A stretch of DNA of 64,000 nucleotides. Source: a virus (Duplodnaviria > Caudoviricetes). Positions 16,713-25,870 of this stretch are shown piece after piece (within the stretch, counting starts at the first letter, position 1; each line of letters begins with the position of its first letter). The notes under the pieces are model-generated. The model was not told the origin of the DNA. It was given only the letters and a program-made list of their open reading frames with translations, and did no database searches. The translations under genes and the position numbers were made by a program. The stretch is taken from positions 96,001 through 160,000 of IMG/VR virus record IMGVR_UViG_3300034161_000008; one strand, given 5' to 3'.

Positions 16713-19313
16713 TTATTGGCGAGGAAGGCGGAGGGTTGCTTGTACGATCATAGGATCGACGGAGCGGTCAAGTACATGCACGCACAACGCATCGTTCAAC
16801 ACCACCCGGAAAGTGACGGTGCCGTGCGTTACGTCTGACGGGAGCTTGATGTTTGCAGCTGCCAGGTTGATGAACTGAACGGCCTGACTAACAATCCAGT
16901 TAGGCATGCCAGCCGCTGCGAACTGAAGGAAGTCAATCGCAGTCTCGCGATCGGCAAAATCAATTCGAGTGGCAACGTTCAGAGGGAACACGCGCGGTTC
17001 TGGGTTGGGTGCATCAGCCACTTCACGAACATGCAGCTCGTCGGGTTGTGGCATATCCAGGCCGCTATCTACGTGAGCAGGACGATCGGTAAAGCGACTT
17101 GGGCGATCACCACGATTACGCAGAAGTGCATCGAGGTTTTCGGAGTCGCGATCGATATCAGCGAAACGACCGTTAACAAAACCGATCGTTGCAATCTGCA
17201 CCGTACTGCCATTTTGATCGAGAGCGAACACCGCGGCACGATCCAACACATTGTCCATAGCCAGTGCATAACCTGCCGCACCAACGGAACGGCGATGAAT
17301 CACGTCGAGGATATTGTTGGCGTGCTCTGGCGACAGCGAGTATTCATTAATAACGCTGAGCATGTTCTTGCTGTCCATAGGGCGACCAAAGAACTTCTCA
17401 ACTTCAGCTTTGAACACTGGTTGCGGCATGGCGTTACCGCCGTAGCCCCCGTAGCCACCGAAGGCACCCTGACCACCGAAGGCACCCTGACCACCATACA
17501 TCCCACCACCAATCCCCGGTTGTTGCGGCTGACGACCCATAGCCAGACCATACGGACGTACAGGCTCGCTGAGCTTGTTCGACTGAAGGTCTACGCGGAT
17601 TGAAATGATCTTCTCGCCGCGCTGCATGTTCTGTACCAAGAAGAGATCCAGAACGCCCATTTCACCGGAGACCATCAGAACAACAGGCAGGTCTGGGCTG
17701 TTGTTACCCACACGCCCGGCCAGTGCACTTTGGATCTTGACGTACGCATCTGTGCTGGTGCAGCGACCGCCCAAAGCCTTCTTGAACTCATCCAGCGACA
17801 TCGGCGTATTGATCAGCGTTTGGAACGTTTGATCCATGCCCGAAGGACGTTGGAAGCGGTTACCCAGATCGCCCAGGCCGAAGACACGTCCTTGCGTAGC
17901 GCGCTCTTCAGTTGTCAGCACAGGTTCTTCAGCAGTCGGAGCAGGCTCTTCGACCAAATCATCGACGATCAGCTTCAGCTTGCCATCGTAGGTAAACGAC
18001 AATGGAACAACGCCTTTGTCTTCGTACTGTGTGTAGTCCGGAGACAGCACGATCACAGACTCGTCTTCGTCGCTGGTTGCGTAGGAGAGTGTGAAACCCT
18101 TGCAGCCAGCATCGAACTGAGTGCTCACCCAGCCTGCTGCGACTTCGTAGCTGTGCTCATCCCGGCAATGTACGGCCAGCATGAACAAAGTCCCAGCTCC
18201 GCTAGCAGGAATAGTTGGATTGCTTGGGGAAAACAGCTCGTCCAGCTGACGGATCGCGCGAGTAGGGATGACCAGGTAGTCCACCAACACATCGTCCTTG
18301 AAGAACAGGTGGAACTGCGAAAGCAAACCACGCTTGACAATGAACAAAGAAACCCAAGGGTTTTTGCTGTTCATGAAAATCATGATTGGGTCAAAGCCTT
18401 CGCGCTCACCCATTGAATCGACAGTAGCCCAGATCTGGCTAGCGATCGATTCAACCAGCGGGACGTTGGCCTTCGCGCAGTTTGTGATGGCGTCCAGAAC
18501 CTGGACAGGTTCGCGACGAACGAACGGATTCATCGACGCAATGACGTCGTCGCTTGGGCGAGTGTAACCCTTTTCAGTTGCGTACAGGGCAGACTCATCG
18601 GTGACGCGCTTATCTTCAGCGTTGAATGCGCGGACGCGTTCAGCAAAGTCGACATCCGCCACAGCAGCATGGGTAGCCGCCAGATCTTCACCAGCGCTGT
18701 CGGCTTTGGTAGGCCAGGTGATCACTGCGTGCTGAGCAACATTGGCAGCGATCTGGTTGCGCTGGTTGAGATCCATCACCAACACCACTTGCAGCTTGCC
18801 GCCGTTGAACTTGATGGTCAGCTTCTTGGTCTCGCGATCTGCGTCAACCGAGTAGTCGTTGGCACCATCAGACTTCTCGCGCGCTTTGGCAATCTCACGC
18901 TCAACTTCGAGCAGACGACCAGCAGCATGCGTGAATTGCCCCAGCCAAGCCTTCAGGTTGTTGAAGTTGTCACGAGCCCGCAGGTCTTCGCCGGTCTCAG
19001 TGCGTTCAGCGAATGGCAGATCTGTTGGGATCACCCAGGTATCGTCTTTGACGTCGAACGAGATTGCAGTTGCACCCTGATTGACGTCAGAGTTGCTACG
19101 GATGTAGAAACGAACAGACGCGCCCACGCCGCCGGTGAAGCGATAGATAAGGTCAGTCGTACCGAACTTATTCTCGAGGTAACGAACGTAGCCTGCAAAG
19201 CGCTCCAGAGGCTCTGAATGCAATACAGCGTGCAGCAGACCAAACAGTTCTGGCTTTTTCATGCCTTTAGCAGAGGTGGCTTTGATGCGGGCTTTCAATT
19301 CGGCGTTCTTCAT
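16713..19313 (-). CDS. Large multidomain hypothetical protein with Gly-rich linker
   Basis: 866 aa; several helix-helix-strand modules; GGQGAFGGQGAFGGYGGYGG linker. Confidence 0.85.
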   Translation of the reverse strand: MKNAELKARIKATSAKGMKKPELFGLLHAVLHSEPLERFAGYVRYLENKFGTTDLIYRFTGGVGASVRFYIRSNSDVNQGATAISFDVKDDTWVIPTDLPFAERTETGEDLRARDNFNNLKAWLGQFTHAAGRLLEVEREIAKAREKSDGANDYSVDADRETKKLTIKFNGGKLQVVLVMDLNQRNQIAANVAQHAVITWPTKADSAGEDLAATHAAVADVDFAERVRAFNAEDKRVTDESALYATEKGYTRPSDDVIASMNPFVRREPVQVLDAITNCAKANVPLVESIASQIWATVDSMGEREGFDPIMIFMNSKNPWVSLFIVKRGLLSQFHLFFKDDVLVDYLVIPTRAIRQLDELFSPSNPTIPASGAGTLFMLAVHCRDEHSYEVAAGWVSTQFDAGCKGFTLSYATSDEDESVIVLSPDYTQYEDKGVVPLSFTYDGKLKLIVDDLVEEPAPTAEEPVLTTEERATQGRVFGLGDLGNRFQRPSGMDQTFQTLINTPMSLDEFKKALGGRCTSTDAYVKIQSALAGRVGNNSPDLPVVLMVSGEMGVLDLFLVQNMQRGEKIISIRVDLQSNKLSEPVRPYGLAMGRQPQQPGIGGGMYGGQGAFGGQGAFGGYGGYGGNAMPQPVFKAEVEKFFGRPMDSKNMLSVINEYSLSPEHANNILDVIHRRSVGAAGYALAMDNVLDRAAVFALDQNGSTVQIATIGFVNGRFADIDRDSENLDALLRNRGDRPSRFTDRPAHVDSGLDMPQPDELHVREVADAPNPEPRVFPLNVATRIDFADRETAIDFLQFAAAGMPNWIVSQAVQFINLAAANIKLPSDVTHGTVTFRVVLNDALCVHVLDRSVDPMIVQATLRLPRQ
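17455..17495. repeat. Exact 18-bp tandem duplication (GGQGAF x2) within the CDS
   Basis: CCACCGAAGGCACCCTGA twice, then CCACC. Confidence 0.9.
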
Positions 19314-19657
19314 TGCGTAATTTCCTTTAATGGCTGAGGCTGTAGGACCTGCCCGAAAGCGGTCAATAGCTTATTGTCGGTCACCATGCCCGTAAACTTC
19401 ACGACGCTGGTAAACTCTGGGTTATAAATTGCGAACTCGACTTTGTCACCTACGGAGAAATAGGTAACAGTACATCGAACTTTACTCAGATCCTGCTGGA
19501 GTTGGAAAGCAGCAGTCTGTAGGTATTGCACCAACCACGCGTAGTAGTTGTGGTGAAAGAAGCAGGTACGCCAGAACTGTATTAGCTCGTCTGAGCTGAG
19601 TTCTCCCAGTTCTTGAATCTCTTTAACGAACCTGTCTTTCTTTTCGTAGAAGTTCAT
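19310..19657 (-). CDS. Hypothetical protein
   Basis: 115 aa, overlapping stop/start packing. Confidence 0.7.
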   Translation of the reverse strand: MNFYEKKDRFVKEIQELGELSSDELIQFWRTCFFHHNYYAWLVQYLQTAAFQLQQDLSKVRCTVTYFSVGDKVEFAIYNPEFTSVVKFTGMVTDNKLLTAFGQVLQPQPLKEITQ

Positions 19658-19667
19658 CGTAACCCCA

Positions 19668-20177
19668 TTAACGTACAGTGAGGGTCTGATTAAACCATGT
19701 TACAATCAGACCGTGACGGATGAATGCCTTAACGACACATACCTTCTTACGGTCATTCGAATACAGCAAGAACTCGACGCCATCAGGGAACGGATCAGAC
19801 ATCCTCCCACCTCGATCATGCTTGACGTCTGCGATCCCAGTCATGCCACGGGTTTCCAACCCATGCTCTGGTTTGATCTGGAACAACTTGCTTTCCACAG
19901 TAACGCCCAACGACGACGTACTGAGGAGCCTGCACGCTTCGTCAAAGTACGCAGCCAGACGGGAATAGATAGCCTTGTCTGAATACTCCTTAACGAATGC
20001 GGTGAAGTCAAGAAACGGCAGGGAGTTATCCAACGCCCGTATCAGAGTCTTGATCTTCTTTGTTGCACGAAGCCCATCCAACTCGTTAAGTCGTTTGGGT
20101 TGTTGCTCGTCGAGGATTGCCTCCGGTGGAGACTCTTCAACTTCTGTATCTAAGTCTTCTTTCTTTTTACGGGCCAT
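19668..20177 (-). CDS. Hypothetical protein
   Basis: 169 aa, AGGAGA RBS. Confidence 0.75.
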   Translation of the reverse strand: MARKKKEDLDTEVEESPPEAILDEQQPKRLNELDGLRATKKIKTLIRALDNSLPFLDFTAFVKEYSDKAIYSRLAAYFDEACRLLSTSSLGVTVESKLFQIKPEHGLETRGMTGIADVKHDRGGRMSDPFPDGVEFLLYSNDRKKVCVVKAFIRHGLIVTWFNQTLTVR

Positions 20178-20190
20178 TGGAATCTCCTAG

Positions 20191-20217
20191 GGCATAAGCG
20201 GGGACCCGAAGGTCCCC
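20191..20217 (-). terminator. UUCG hairpin terminator followed by CTTATGCC
   Basis: Minus strand: GGGGACC-TTCG-GGTCCCC-GCTTATGCC. Confidence 0.8.
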
Positions 20218-20223
20218 TAGGAA

Positions 20224-21018
20224 TTACGCTGCAACAACAGCTTTGGTGAACTTCTTCACGTCGATGTTCAGGAACGGGAATTCTTTCGCCAGTTTCAGCG
20301 CGGCAGTGTGTGCCAGCTCGGTGAACACCAGGTGCTTGCCGATTGGGAATTCTTCGTGGTGGATCATGAAGCGGAACTTCTCGTCACCCAGGAAGAACTC
20401 ACCCTTGACACGGTAATCTTCTTCTTTGCGGCCTTCACGAGAGCTGTGGTATCCGCCGAATGCGCGAGGGCGCTGGAAGCCATCTTCGTCGTCTTGCGCA
20501 CGAGTGGTGCCGTTCAGGCGCAGGCCGTGGCCAAGCTTAACCGACAGTTTCCAGGAGCCGTCGGTCATGTGTCGGATTTCGGCGGTGTCCGAGTGGTGGT
20601 AGCTGTGGCGATGTTCTTCATCACCGAACAGGCGATTGACCAGCTCACGGGAGGCGAACTCCAGCGGATGCGGGCGGTGGTGATGCATGTGCATGTCGCC
20701 GAATGCTTCGGGTTCTGGCATATCGAGCTTCAGGTTGCCGTAGAGCTTGACAACGTCTTCCAGACGCAGCATCTCGACCAACTTGACTTGAACCAGTTCC
20801 TGCAACTGCATCTGGTCGTAGCTACCACGCGACGAACCGTTGCCTTCGAGGACCAGGTGCAGGGTGTGTTGCAGACCGGTGTCGAGCTGGGTCACTTCGA
20901 AACTGAGGGAAGGGAGGTCGCTCACGCTAATCGTGCCTTCACCCAACTCGCCGAAGTTTACCAGCTTGGCAGTACCGATAGCAAACTCGATAGCGGCCAA
21001 TACTTTCACTTTAGACAT
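20224..21018 (-). CDS. Hypothetical protein, His-rich, probably highly expressed
   Basis: 264 aa; HMHHHRPH and HRHSYHH segments; strong codon bias; own promoter motif and terminator. Confidence 0.8.
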   Translation of the reverse strand: MSKVKVLAAIEFAIGTAKLVNFGELGEGTISVSDLPSLSFEVTQLDTGLQHTLHLVLEGNGSSRGSYDQMQLQELVQVKLVEMLRLEDVVKLYGNLKLDMPEPEAFGDMHMHHHRPHPLEFASRELVNRLFGDEEHRHSYHHSDTAEIRHMTDGSWKLSVKLGHGLRLNGTTRAQDDEDGFQRPRAFGGYHSSREGRKEEDYRVKGEFFLGDEKFRFMIHHEEFPIGKHLVFTELAHTAALKLAKEFPFLNIDVKKFTKAVVAA

Positions 21019-21071
21019 TGCTTTAAGCTCTTTCTAATGGAAGGAACAAGTCACACAGTGGCAACTCGGTT

Positions 21072-21082
21072 GGGTAATATGT
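21072..21082 (-). promoter_or_regulatory. Putative early promoter ACATATTACCC
   Basis: Resembles the phiKZ early consensus TATATTAC; identical copy at 39429-39439; lies directly after a terminator. Confidence 0.6.
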
Positions 21083-21105
21083 ACCCATAAATTTCTTGAA
21101 CAGAT

Positions 21106-21130
21106 AAAAAAATAGGGGACCGAAGTCCCC
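21106..21130 (-). terminator. UUCG intrinsic terminator
   Basis: GGGGAC-TTCG-GTCCCC-TATTTTTTT. Confidence 0.85.
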
Positions 21131-21134
21131 CACC

Positions 21135-21356
21135 TTAGTTATTGCGAAACTGCTGGCGCCGCTGCTTGGGAGTCAAGTAGCCTGCGTTAGCAATCTTGGA
21201 TTTGAACACTGGTGATTTGTAGCCATCTTCACACGCTGTAGATTCCATCTCTTCGTCGTACAAAGCTTGCTCTTTCTCAGACCGTGGTGTTGCTTGCGCC
21301 AACACCCCCACCGAGGTCAACAGGAGGAGTAGCGACAACTTGTTTGTAGCCCGCAT
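21135..21356 (-). CDS. Small exported protein (signal peptide), overlaps the upstream gene by 80 nt
   Basis: GGAG RBS, then MRATNKLSLLLLLTSVGVLAQA; 73 aa. Confidence 0.5.
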   Translation of the reverse strand: MRATNKLSLLLLLTSVGVLAQATPRSEKEQALYDEEMESTACEDGYKSPVFKSKIANAGYLTPKQRRQQFRNN

Positions 21357-21873
21357 ATTGGATCTCCATGTATTCCTTGATGAGCTTGGCGCGGTAGTTG
21401 TGAATCTGCTGAGGAACATTAAACTCCTCAGTCACCACCGTAGCAATAGCTTCATCAACCTTTTTACTGAAGGCTTTGAGAGCCCCCATGTCGCGCGCAA
21501 CCCGCTCAACCAGGCCAATGCGTACGCCGTCGGCTGTTTCGTAAAGAGGACCCATCTCAAGGCCCAGAGAACGGTAACCGTTGACGAACTTATCGTCTGG
21601 AGAGATGGATGCGTAGTCGTCGTCATAAACAACGAACCAGTTACCCACTACAGGGTTAAAGCGAAGCATCCACTCAGCAGTAACTTCAACGGTGGTGGTT
21701 GGAACTTCACGATCACCGAGAGTAGACGGTGCTTCGAGAATCAGCCGCACGCCTTCTTCGTGCTTCACCATCTCAAGGATCTTCGCACCACGCACCACTT
21801 TGTGGGATTGGTACTGAGGCAGAGAGGCTAGCTTTTCTTTGTCTTGCATGGTCAAACTCCTAAAGGACGTCAC
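21277..21873 (-). CDS. Phage protein with YxxHK...YVVYxDxYxSxSP..F..GY domain
   Basis: LPQYQSHKVVRGAKI...WFVVYDDDYASISPDDKFVNGY, a widespread small phage domain. Confidence 0.7.
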   Translation of the reverse strand: MTSFRSLTMQDKEKLASLPQYQSHKVVRGAKILEMVKHEEGVRLILEAPSTLGDREVPTTTVEVTAEWMLRFNPVVGNWFVVYDDDYASISPDDKFVNGYRSLGLEMGPLYETADGVRIGLVERVARDMGALKAFSKKVDEAIATVVTEEFNVPQQIHNYRAKLIKEYMEIQYAGYKQVVATPPVDLGGGVGASNTTV

Positions 21874-21913
21874 TGTGACAGATCATTTGCCTAAATGAGT
21901 GTCTACAATGGCG

Positions 21914-22129
21914 TTACTTTTCTGGAAACATCTTCGACAACAGCCACTTGAGGCTTCGCGTAACCCAACCATCCGGTGGAGCTTTGCGCTTGCGATTGAC
22001 TACTGAGTTGTAGCCCTGCATGTAGGTGGCTTTTTGCCAGCGATACTTCCAATAAGGGGGGTATCCTTTACGAGCGTGATAGGCACCCAGTGCAATGGAG
22101 GACTCGTGGCGCTGCCTATTCTTCCCCAT
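21914..22129 (-). CDS. Small basic hypothetical protein
   Basis: MGKNRQRH...; 71 aa. Confidence 0.6.
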   Translation of the reverse strand: MGKNRQRHESSIALGAYHARKGYPPYWKYRWQKATYMQGYNSVVNRKRKAPPDGWVTRSLKWLLSKMFPEK

Positions 22130-22517
22130 TGAGGAAGTCCAACGGCTTTTCCAAATCAACCAGCAATGCCAGATCCGCCAAAGAAGAACGATGCTCGACG
22201 ATCACGGTCTTGCTACGCAACCAACGCACTACTTCAGGGCGCTGAGACTGCTCACACTCCTTGAGCAAACTCAAACCGATCAACTCACCCAGCTTGGCAG
22301 TGATCAGGCTGTCAGTAGCCTCGTGGAGCATTGCGAACAGGAACGTTACGTCCGGCAGATAGAAAGCACGGGCGTACGGCTTTTTGGTGATTGGGTGATC
22401 GTAGTCACAACGGACCACGAGAGATTGCATTGTGTCGCGTCGATCGCCAGAGAAGTTATCGGCGATAGACTGCGGACTGCATTCTGGTGAGGCTGGGTTG
22501 AATTCAACGATTACCAC
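22116..22517 (-). CDS. Hypothetical protein
   Basis: 133 aa, GTG start, AAGGAG RBS. Confidence 0.7.
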   Translation of the reverse strand: MVIVEFNPASPECSPQSIADNFSGDRRDTMQSLVVRCDYDHPITKKPYARAFYLPDVTFLFAMLHEATDSLITAKLGELIGLSLLKECEQSQRPEVVRWLRSKTVIVEHRSSLADLALLVDLEKPLDFLNGEE

Positions 22518-22526
22518 GGGAGCTCC

Positions 22527-22757
22527 TTATTGGCGGACACAGTTAAGTCGGTAGCGAAAGATCACAGTTACCATCTTCGGCGTGTCGATTCGAATGGTTG
22601 CCGTGAGCATGTCTTCGTTTTCAGTCAGCTCGATACCGCCTGTTACTAATGAACGGGCAGCTTCTTGACAGGTATCTTTAGTGACGAACGGACCATACTG
22701 AGAACTAGTCACTGCTCCGCTCGAAGACACAACCATTGCTGCTAACAGATACGACAT
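22527..22757 (-). CDS. Small exported protein with two Cys
   Basis: Hydrophobic N-terminus; GPFVTKDTCQEAA...LNCVRQ. Confidence 0.65.
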   Translation of the reverse strand: MSYLLAAMVVSSSGAVTSSQYGPFVTKDTCQEAARSLVTGGIELTENEDMLTATIRIDTPKMVTVIFRYRLNCVRQ

Positions 22758-22790
22758 CTCTCTACTCCATACAGCGGATCGATAATTAAC

Positions 22791-22825
22791 GACATAAAGC
22801 CCGGCACGAAGCCGGGCCTTATGCT
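22791..22825. terminator. Hairpin flanked by TTATG on both strands
   Basis: GACATAAA-GCCCGGC-ACGAA-GCCGGGC-CTTATGCT. Confidence 0.75.
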
Positions 22826-23060
22826 AGTATTGCGTCGGTTCAGGACCCAGCTCGCGACGACGCTCACGATGCTCTTCGTCTTCACGCTTGCGATCTTCAG
22901 GACTGAGCAGCATGCGACGCCGGTCCATACGACCAGCCTGAAAAGCTGTGTCGTAGTCTTTCTTCACGCGCCGGTCAGTACAGCTATTTGCCCGCCCTTC
23001 GAAACCATCCTTTGCGCCCCGCGCCCATGCCGCTTGCTTGCGCTGTGCTGTTTTGCTCAT
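22824..23060 (-). CDS. Small basic hypothetical protein
   Basis: MSKTAQRKQAAW..., 78 aa, RBS present. Confidence 0.6.
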   Translation of the reverse strand: MSKTAQRKQAAWARGAKDGFEGRANSCTDRRVKKDYDTAFQAGRMDRRRMLLSPEDRKREDEEHRERRRELGPEPTQY

Positions 23061-23184
23061 TGAAGTCGCCCCTTCGAATTTTGTAACGAATGACCTTCTT
23101 GCCAACCCACCAGGCCCCTCGAACGACGAAATACAGAATCGCCAGATCGATCACCCAGAAGGCTACCTTAATAAGCATGACCAT
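22984..23184 (-). CDS. Small membrane protein
   Basis: One hydrophobic helix, then a basic tail. Confidence 0.5.
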   Translation of the reverse strand: MVMLIKVAFWVIDLAILYFVVRGAWWVGKKVIRYKIRRGDFNEQNSTAQASGMGAGRKGWFRRAGK

Positions 23185-23186
23185 TT

Positions 23187-23927
23187 TCAGATCCTTGGGT
23201 CAGTTACACCCGTTTGGCCTTGATACTTGCCATTGCGGTCCTTGTAGGAGATCTCGCAATCCTCGTCCGATTCAAAGAACAAGAACTGTGCGACACCTTC
23301 GTTGGCATACACAACGGCAGGCAGGCTGGTAGTGTTGGAGAATTCCAGCGTCACGTGACCTTCCCACTCAGGTTCGAGCGGAGTAACGTTCACAATGATA
23401 CCGCAGCGAGCGTAGGTCGACTTGCCCAGGCAAACAACCAGTACGTTACGCGGAATACGCATGTACTCAACAGTACGCGCCAGCGCAAAGCCATTCGGCG
23501 GAATAACCAACTCAGGACCTTTCTTGATCACGTAGTTGGTGTCGTCGAAGTTCTTTGGATCAACACGCCCGCCATTGACGTTTGTGAAGATCTTGAATTC
23601 GTCAGCCACACGAACGTCGTAGCCGTAGCTGGAGTTGCCGTAAGAGATGACAGACTCGTGCGTTGGTGCGATGCCGTCCCAGACTTCGACATCCGGACCT
23701 TTCTTATTGCGCACTTGACGTGGCATGAAAGGATCGATCATCGGCTTCCAGTTAACGAGGTCTTCTGCCGTCACTGCGCGAAGAGTGCTCGGGCGGTGCG
23801 ACTTCTGGAACTCGATTTCGTCCTTGTCGTACAGCGCATGCAGGAATGAAACCATCCCACCTTGATCAACGACGTGGGTAGGCTGAACGGATTTACGCGC
23901 AATCCAGCGATCCGGTTTGATTGACAT
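23187..23927 (-). CDS. dcd: dCTP deaminase
   Basis: [68 protein letters not shown]; about 50-aa N-terminal insertion. Confidence 0.96.
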   Translation of the reverse strand: MSIKPDRWIARKSVQPTHVVDQGGMVSFLHALYDKDEIEFQKSHRPSTLRAVTAEDLVNWKPMIDPFMPRQVRNKKGPDVEVWDGIAPTHESVISYGNSSYGYDVRVADEFKIFTNVNGGRVDPKNFDDTNYVIKKGPELVIPPNGFALARTVEYMRIPRNVLVVCLGKSTYARCGIIVNVTPLEPEWEGHVTLEFSNTTSLPAVVYANEGVAQFLFFESDEDCEISYKDRNGKYQGQTGVTDPRI

Positions 23928-23945
23928 ACTTACTCCGAGGTGATA

Positions 23946-23969
23946 GAGGGAGAGCCGGAGCTCTCCCTC
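23946..23969 (-). terminator. Hairpin terminator
   Basis: GAGGGAGAG/CTCTCCCTC 9-bp stem after the TAXI gene. Confidence 0.6.
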
Positions 23970-23977
23970 ATGGCCGT

Positions 23978-24871
23978 TTACTGGCGGACAGACAGAACGC
24001 TGGTCTGGATAACTTTGGCCACAGTGCGTGCCGCTGCACGTGCGTCCTTCGGTTCCATACCATTGATCCAGTCGTTGTTCACGACCACTTGTGCGTGCAT
24101 GCAGAGGGTTTTGATGTCGAACACGGAGTTGTCGGTTTTGATACCGGTGTCGCCCTTGCTGCTAACTTTGCACTCGCTGTACAGAGTGTTTTCGTTTTTG
24201 TCTTTGAGTTTGGTGAAGGAAGTTTCACCGATCTCGCCGATCAGCAGGTCGTCGCGCCATTCAGGAGCAGTCACGTCATCGCTGATGAAACCAGGACGAC
24301 CAACGTACATCAGACCGCCGATCTCGACACGCACGCCGGACTTCATTGCGAAGCCTTGCTTGGCAGCTTTGGCAGCGTCGTACCAGCTATTGAACGGAAC
24401 CAGTTTCACAGCAGCGTATTTGTCGGACTGTTTGCCGAAGTTCTTGAGGGTGATCTCAGGACCGGAACCAGCAACGTACGCAACGCCTTTGCTCAGGTTT
24501 TCAGCATCAGCCATGGCAGCAAACGTTTTCACGCTACCGGCCACTTTGCCGTGAATCCAGAACACCGCTTCAACGTGGGCATCGCTCACGTCGATATCGC
24601 GAGGCATGGCCGACGACGTTACGGCGTCAGCTTGCATGATGCCCATGACGCAGTCGCCGTCTTTCATCAGCTGTGCGGTTTCCAGGCTACCGCCGGTTTC
24701 CACCAGGTCGAGCTTGGCATTGATCTTGCGGGAGATGTCGCCACCGATGGTGTTGGCCAAGGAGGCGTAAGCACCGCCCGGCGCGCCGCCACAGAAGGTC
24801 AGGTCAGCAGGTGCAGCGTGAGCGAATGCAGTCATCAGCATTGCGGCCAGGAAAGGAATCAGTTTCTTCAC
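23978..24871 (-). CDS. TAXI-family TRAP solute-binding protein-like, exported
   Basis: Signal peptide [20 protein letters not shown]; [29 protein letters not shown] motifs. Confidence 0.8.
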   Translation of the reverse strand: MKKLIPFLAAMLMTAFAHAAPADLTFCGGAPGGAYASLANTIGGDISRKINAKLDLVETGGSLETAQLMKDGDCVMGIMQADAVTSSAMPRDIDVSDAHVEAVFWIHGKVAGSVKTFAAMADAENLSKGVAYVAGSGPEITLKNFGKQSDKYAAVKLVPFNSWYDAAKAAKQGFAMKSGVRVEIGGLMYVGRPGFISDDVTAPEWRDDLLIGEIGETSFTKLKDKNENTLYSECKVSSKGDTGIKTDNSVFDIKTLCMHAQVVVNNDWINGMEPKDARAAARTVAKVIQTSVLSVRQ

Positions 24872-25152
24872 TTGGTATCACTCCGGGTTGGTCGTTCGTT
24901 GTTATCGATGATGGTTACTTTGACGCGACTCGCGATTGCTGAGAATCCACTCAGGTCACGGTCGCGAAACATATCGCTGTCGCCGTCTTGGCACTGGACA
25001 GCTACATCCAGAAAGCCAGCCTTCTCCAAGGCACGGCGACAAACTTCGGCAGCACAGCTTTTGCCGATGTGTGCACGAGTACCCTTGATTTCGATAACGA
25101 GTTCAGGGGGTATCGTGCGAGATGAAACCGATCTAACTGTTTGGTTGTTCAT
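24868..25152 (-). CDS. Small P-loop (NMP kinase N-terminus-like) protein
   Basis: VIEIKGTRAHIGKSCAAEVCRRALEKAGFLDV; 94 aa from the RBS-supported Met. Confidence 0.6.
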   Translation of the reverse strand: MNNQTVRSVSSRTIPPELVIEIKGTRAHIGKSCAAEVCRRALEKAGFLDVAVQCQDGDSDMFRDRDLSGFSAIASRVKVTIIDNNERPTRSDTK

Positions 25153-25870
25153 CGCCAATCGTTCCTTGAGCAATGATTGCCTTACGGTAAATGTTATCTG
25201 CCGCGACGGCCAGAGTGTCCGCCAATGCACGACGGGTACGAACTTCACGAGGATCGGCTTCAACGTCAGCCTGCATCCACGTTTCGCCGCTGTACGTCAC
25301 GCTACAAACCACAGCACCATTCTCGTTGTCTTCCGACGGAGGCTGGAATGTGTATTTGATTTCGGAAGCCCCTTCGAAGACTTCTTTCGGCGTAGTGCGA
25401 TGCGGCAGCGGTTGACCCTTGGTCACTACAACAGCCTGCGCCGATTGCAGGAACATGATGATCTTGGTAGCGCCACGTTCGCGCAGCCGATCAGCCACAA
25501 TACCCACAGCCTGCGTACGGCTGGTAGTGGCGTAATCCGGACGGCCGATGTCGAACAGAGCGCCCTGACCTTCCAGCTCTTTGCAGATGTCCGCAACAGA
25601 GTTCTGGTTGAGGTGCTGCAACGTAGCTTGGCGCTGATCATGCCATGCAGTTTCGTCAGGCGAATACCAGACGTAACCCACGCCAACGACTTCCTTGAAC
25701 TCAGGGTCTTCTGCCTTGAGCTTGAGGATCGCGTCGTGTTCCCAGACTGCTGCGACAATGGCATCGGTGAAGTTGCCATCACGAATGTCGATACCGGCAG
25801 TGATTGCCGACATTGCAGCCATGGCTTCATTGCCACGCTGTGCCAGCACTTTCGGGTTGAGATCAGTCAT
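25133..25870 (-). CDS. Hypothetical protein
   Basis: 245 aa, GGAGAG RBS. Confidence 0.75.
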   Translation of the reverse strand: MTDLNPKVLAQRGNEAMAAMSAITAGIDIRDGNFTDAIVAAVWEHDAILKLKAEDPEFKEVVGVGYVWYSPDETAWHDQRQATLQHLNQNSVADICKELEGQGALFDIGRPDYATTSRTQAVGIVADRLRERGATKIIMFLQSAQAVVVTKGQPLPHRTTPKEVFEGASEIKYTFQPPSEDNENGAVVCSVTYSGETWMQADVEADPREVRTRRALADTLAVAADNIYRKAIIAQGTIGDEQPNS

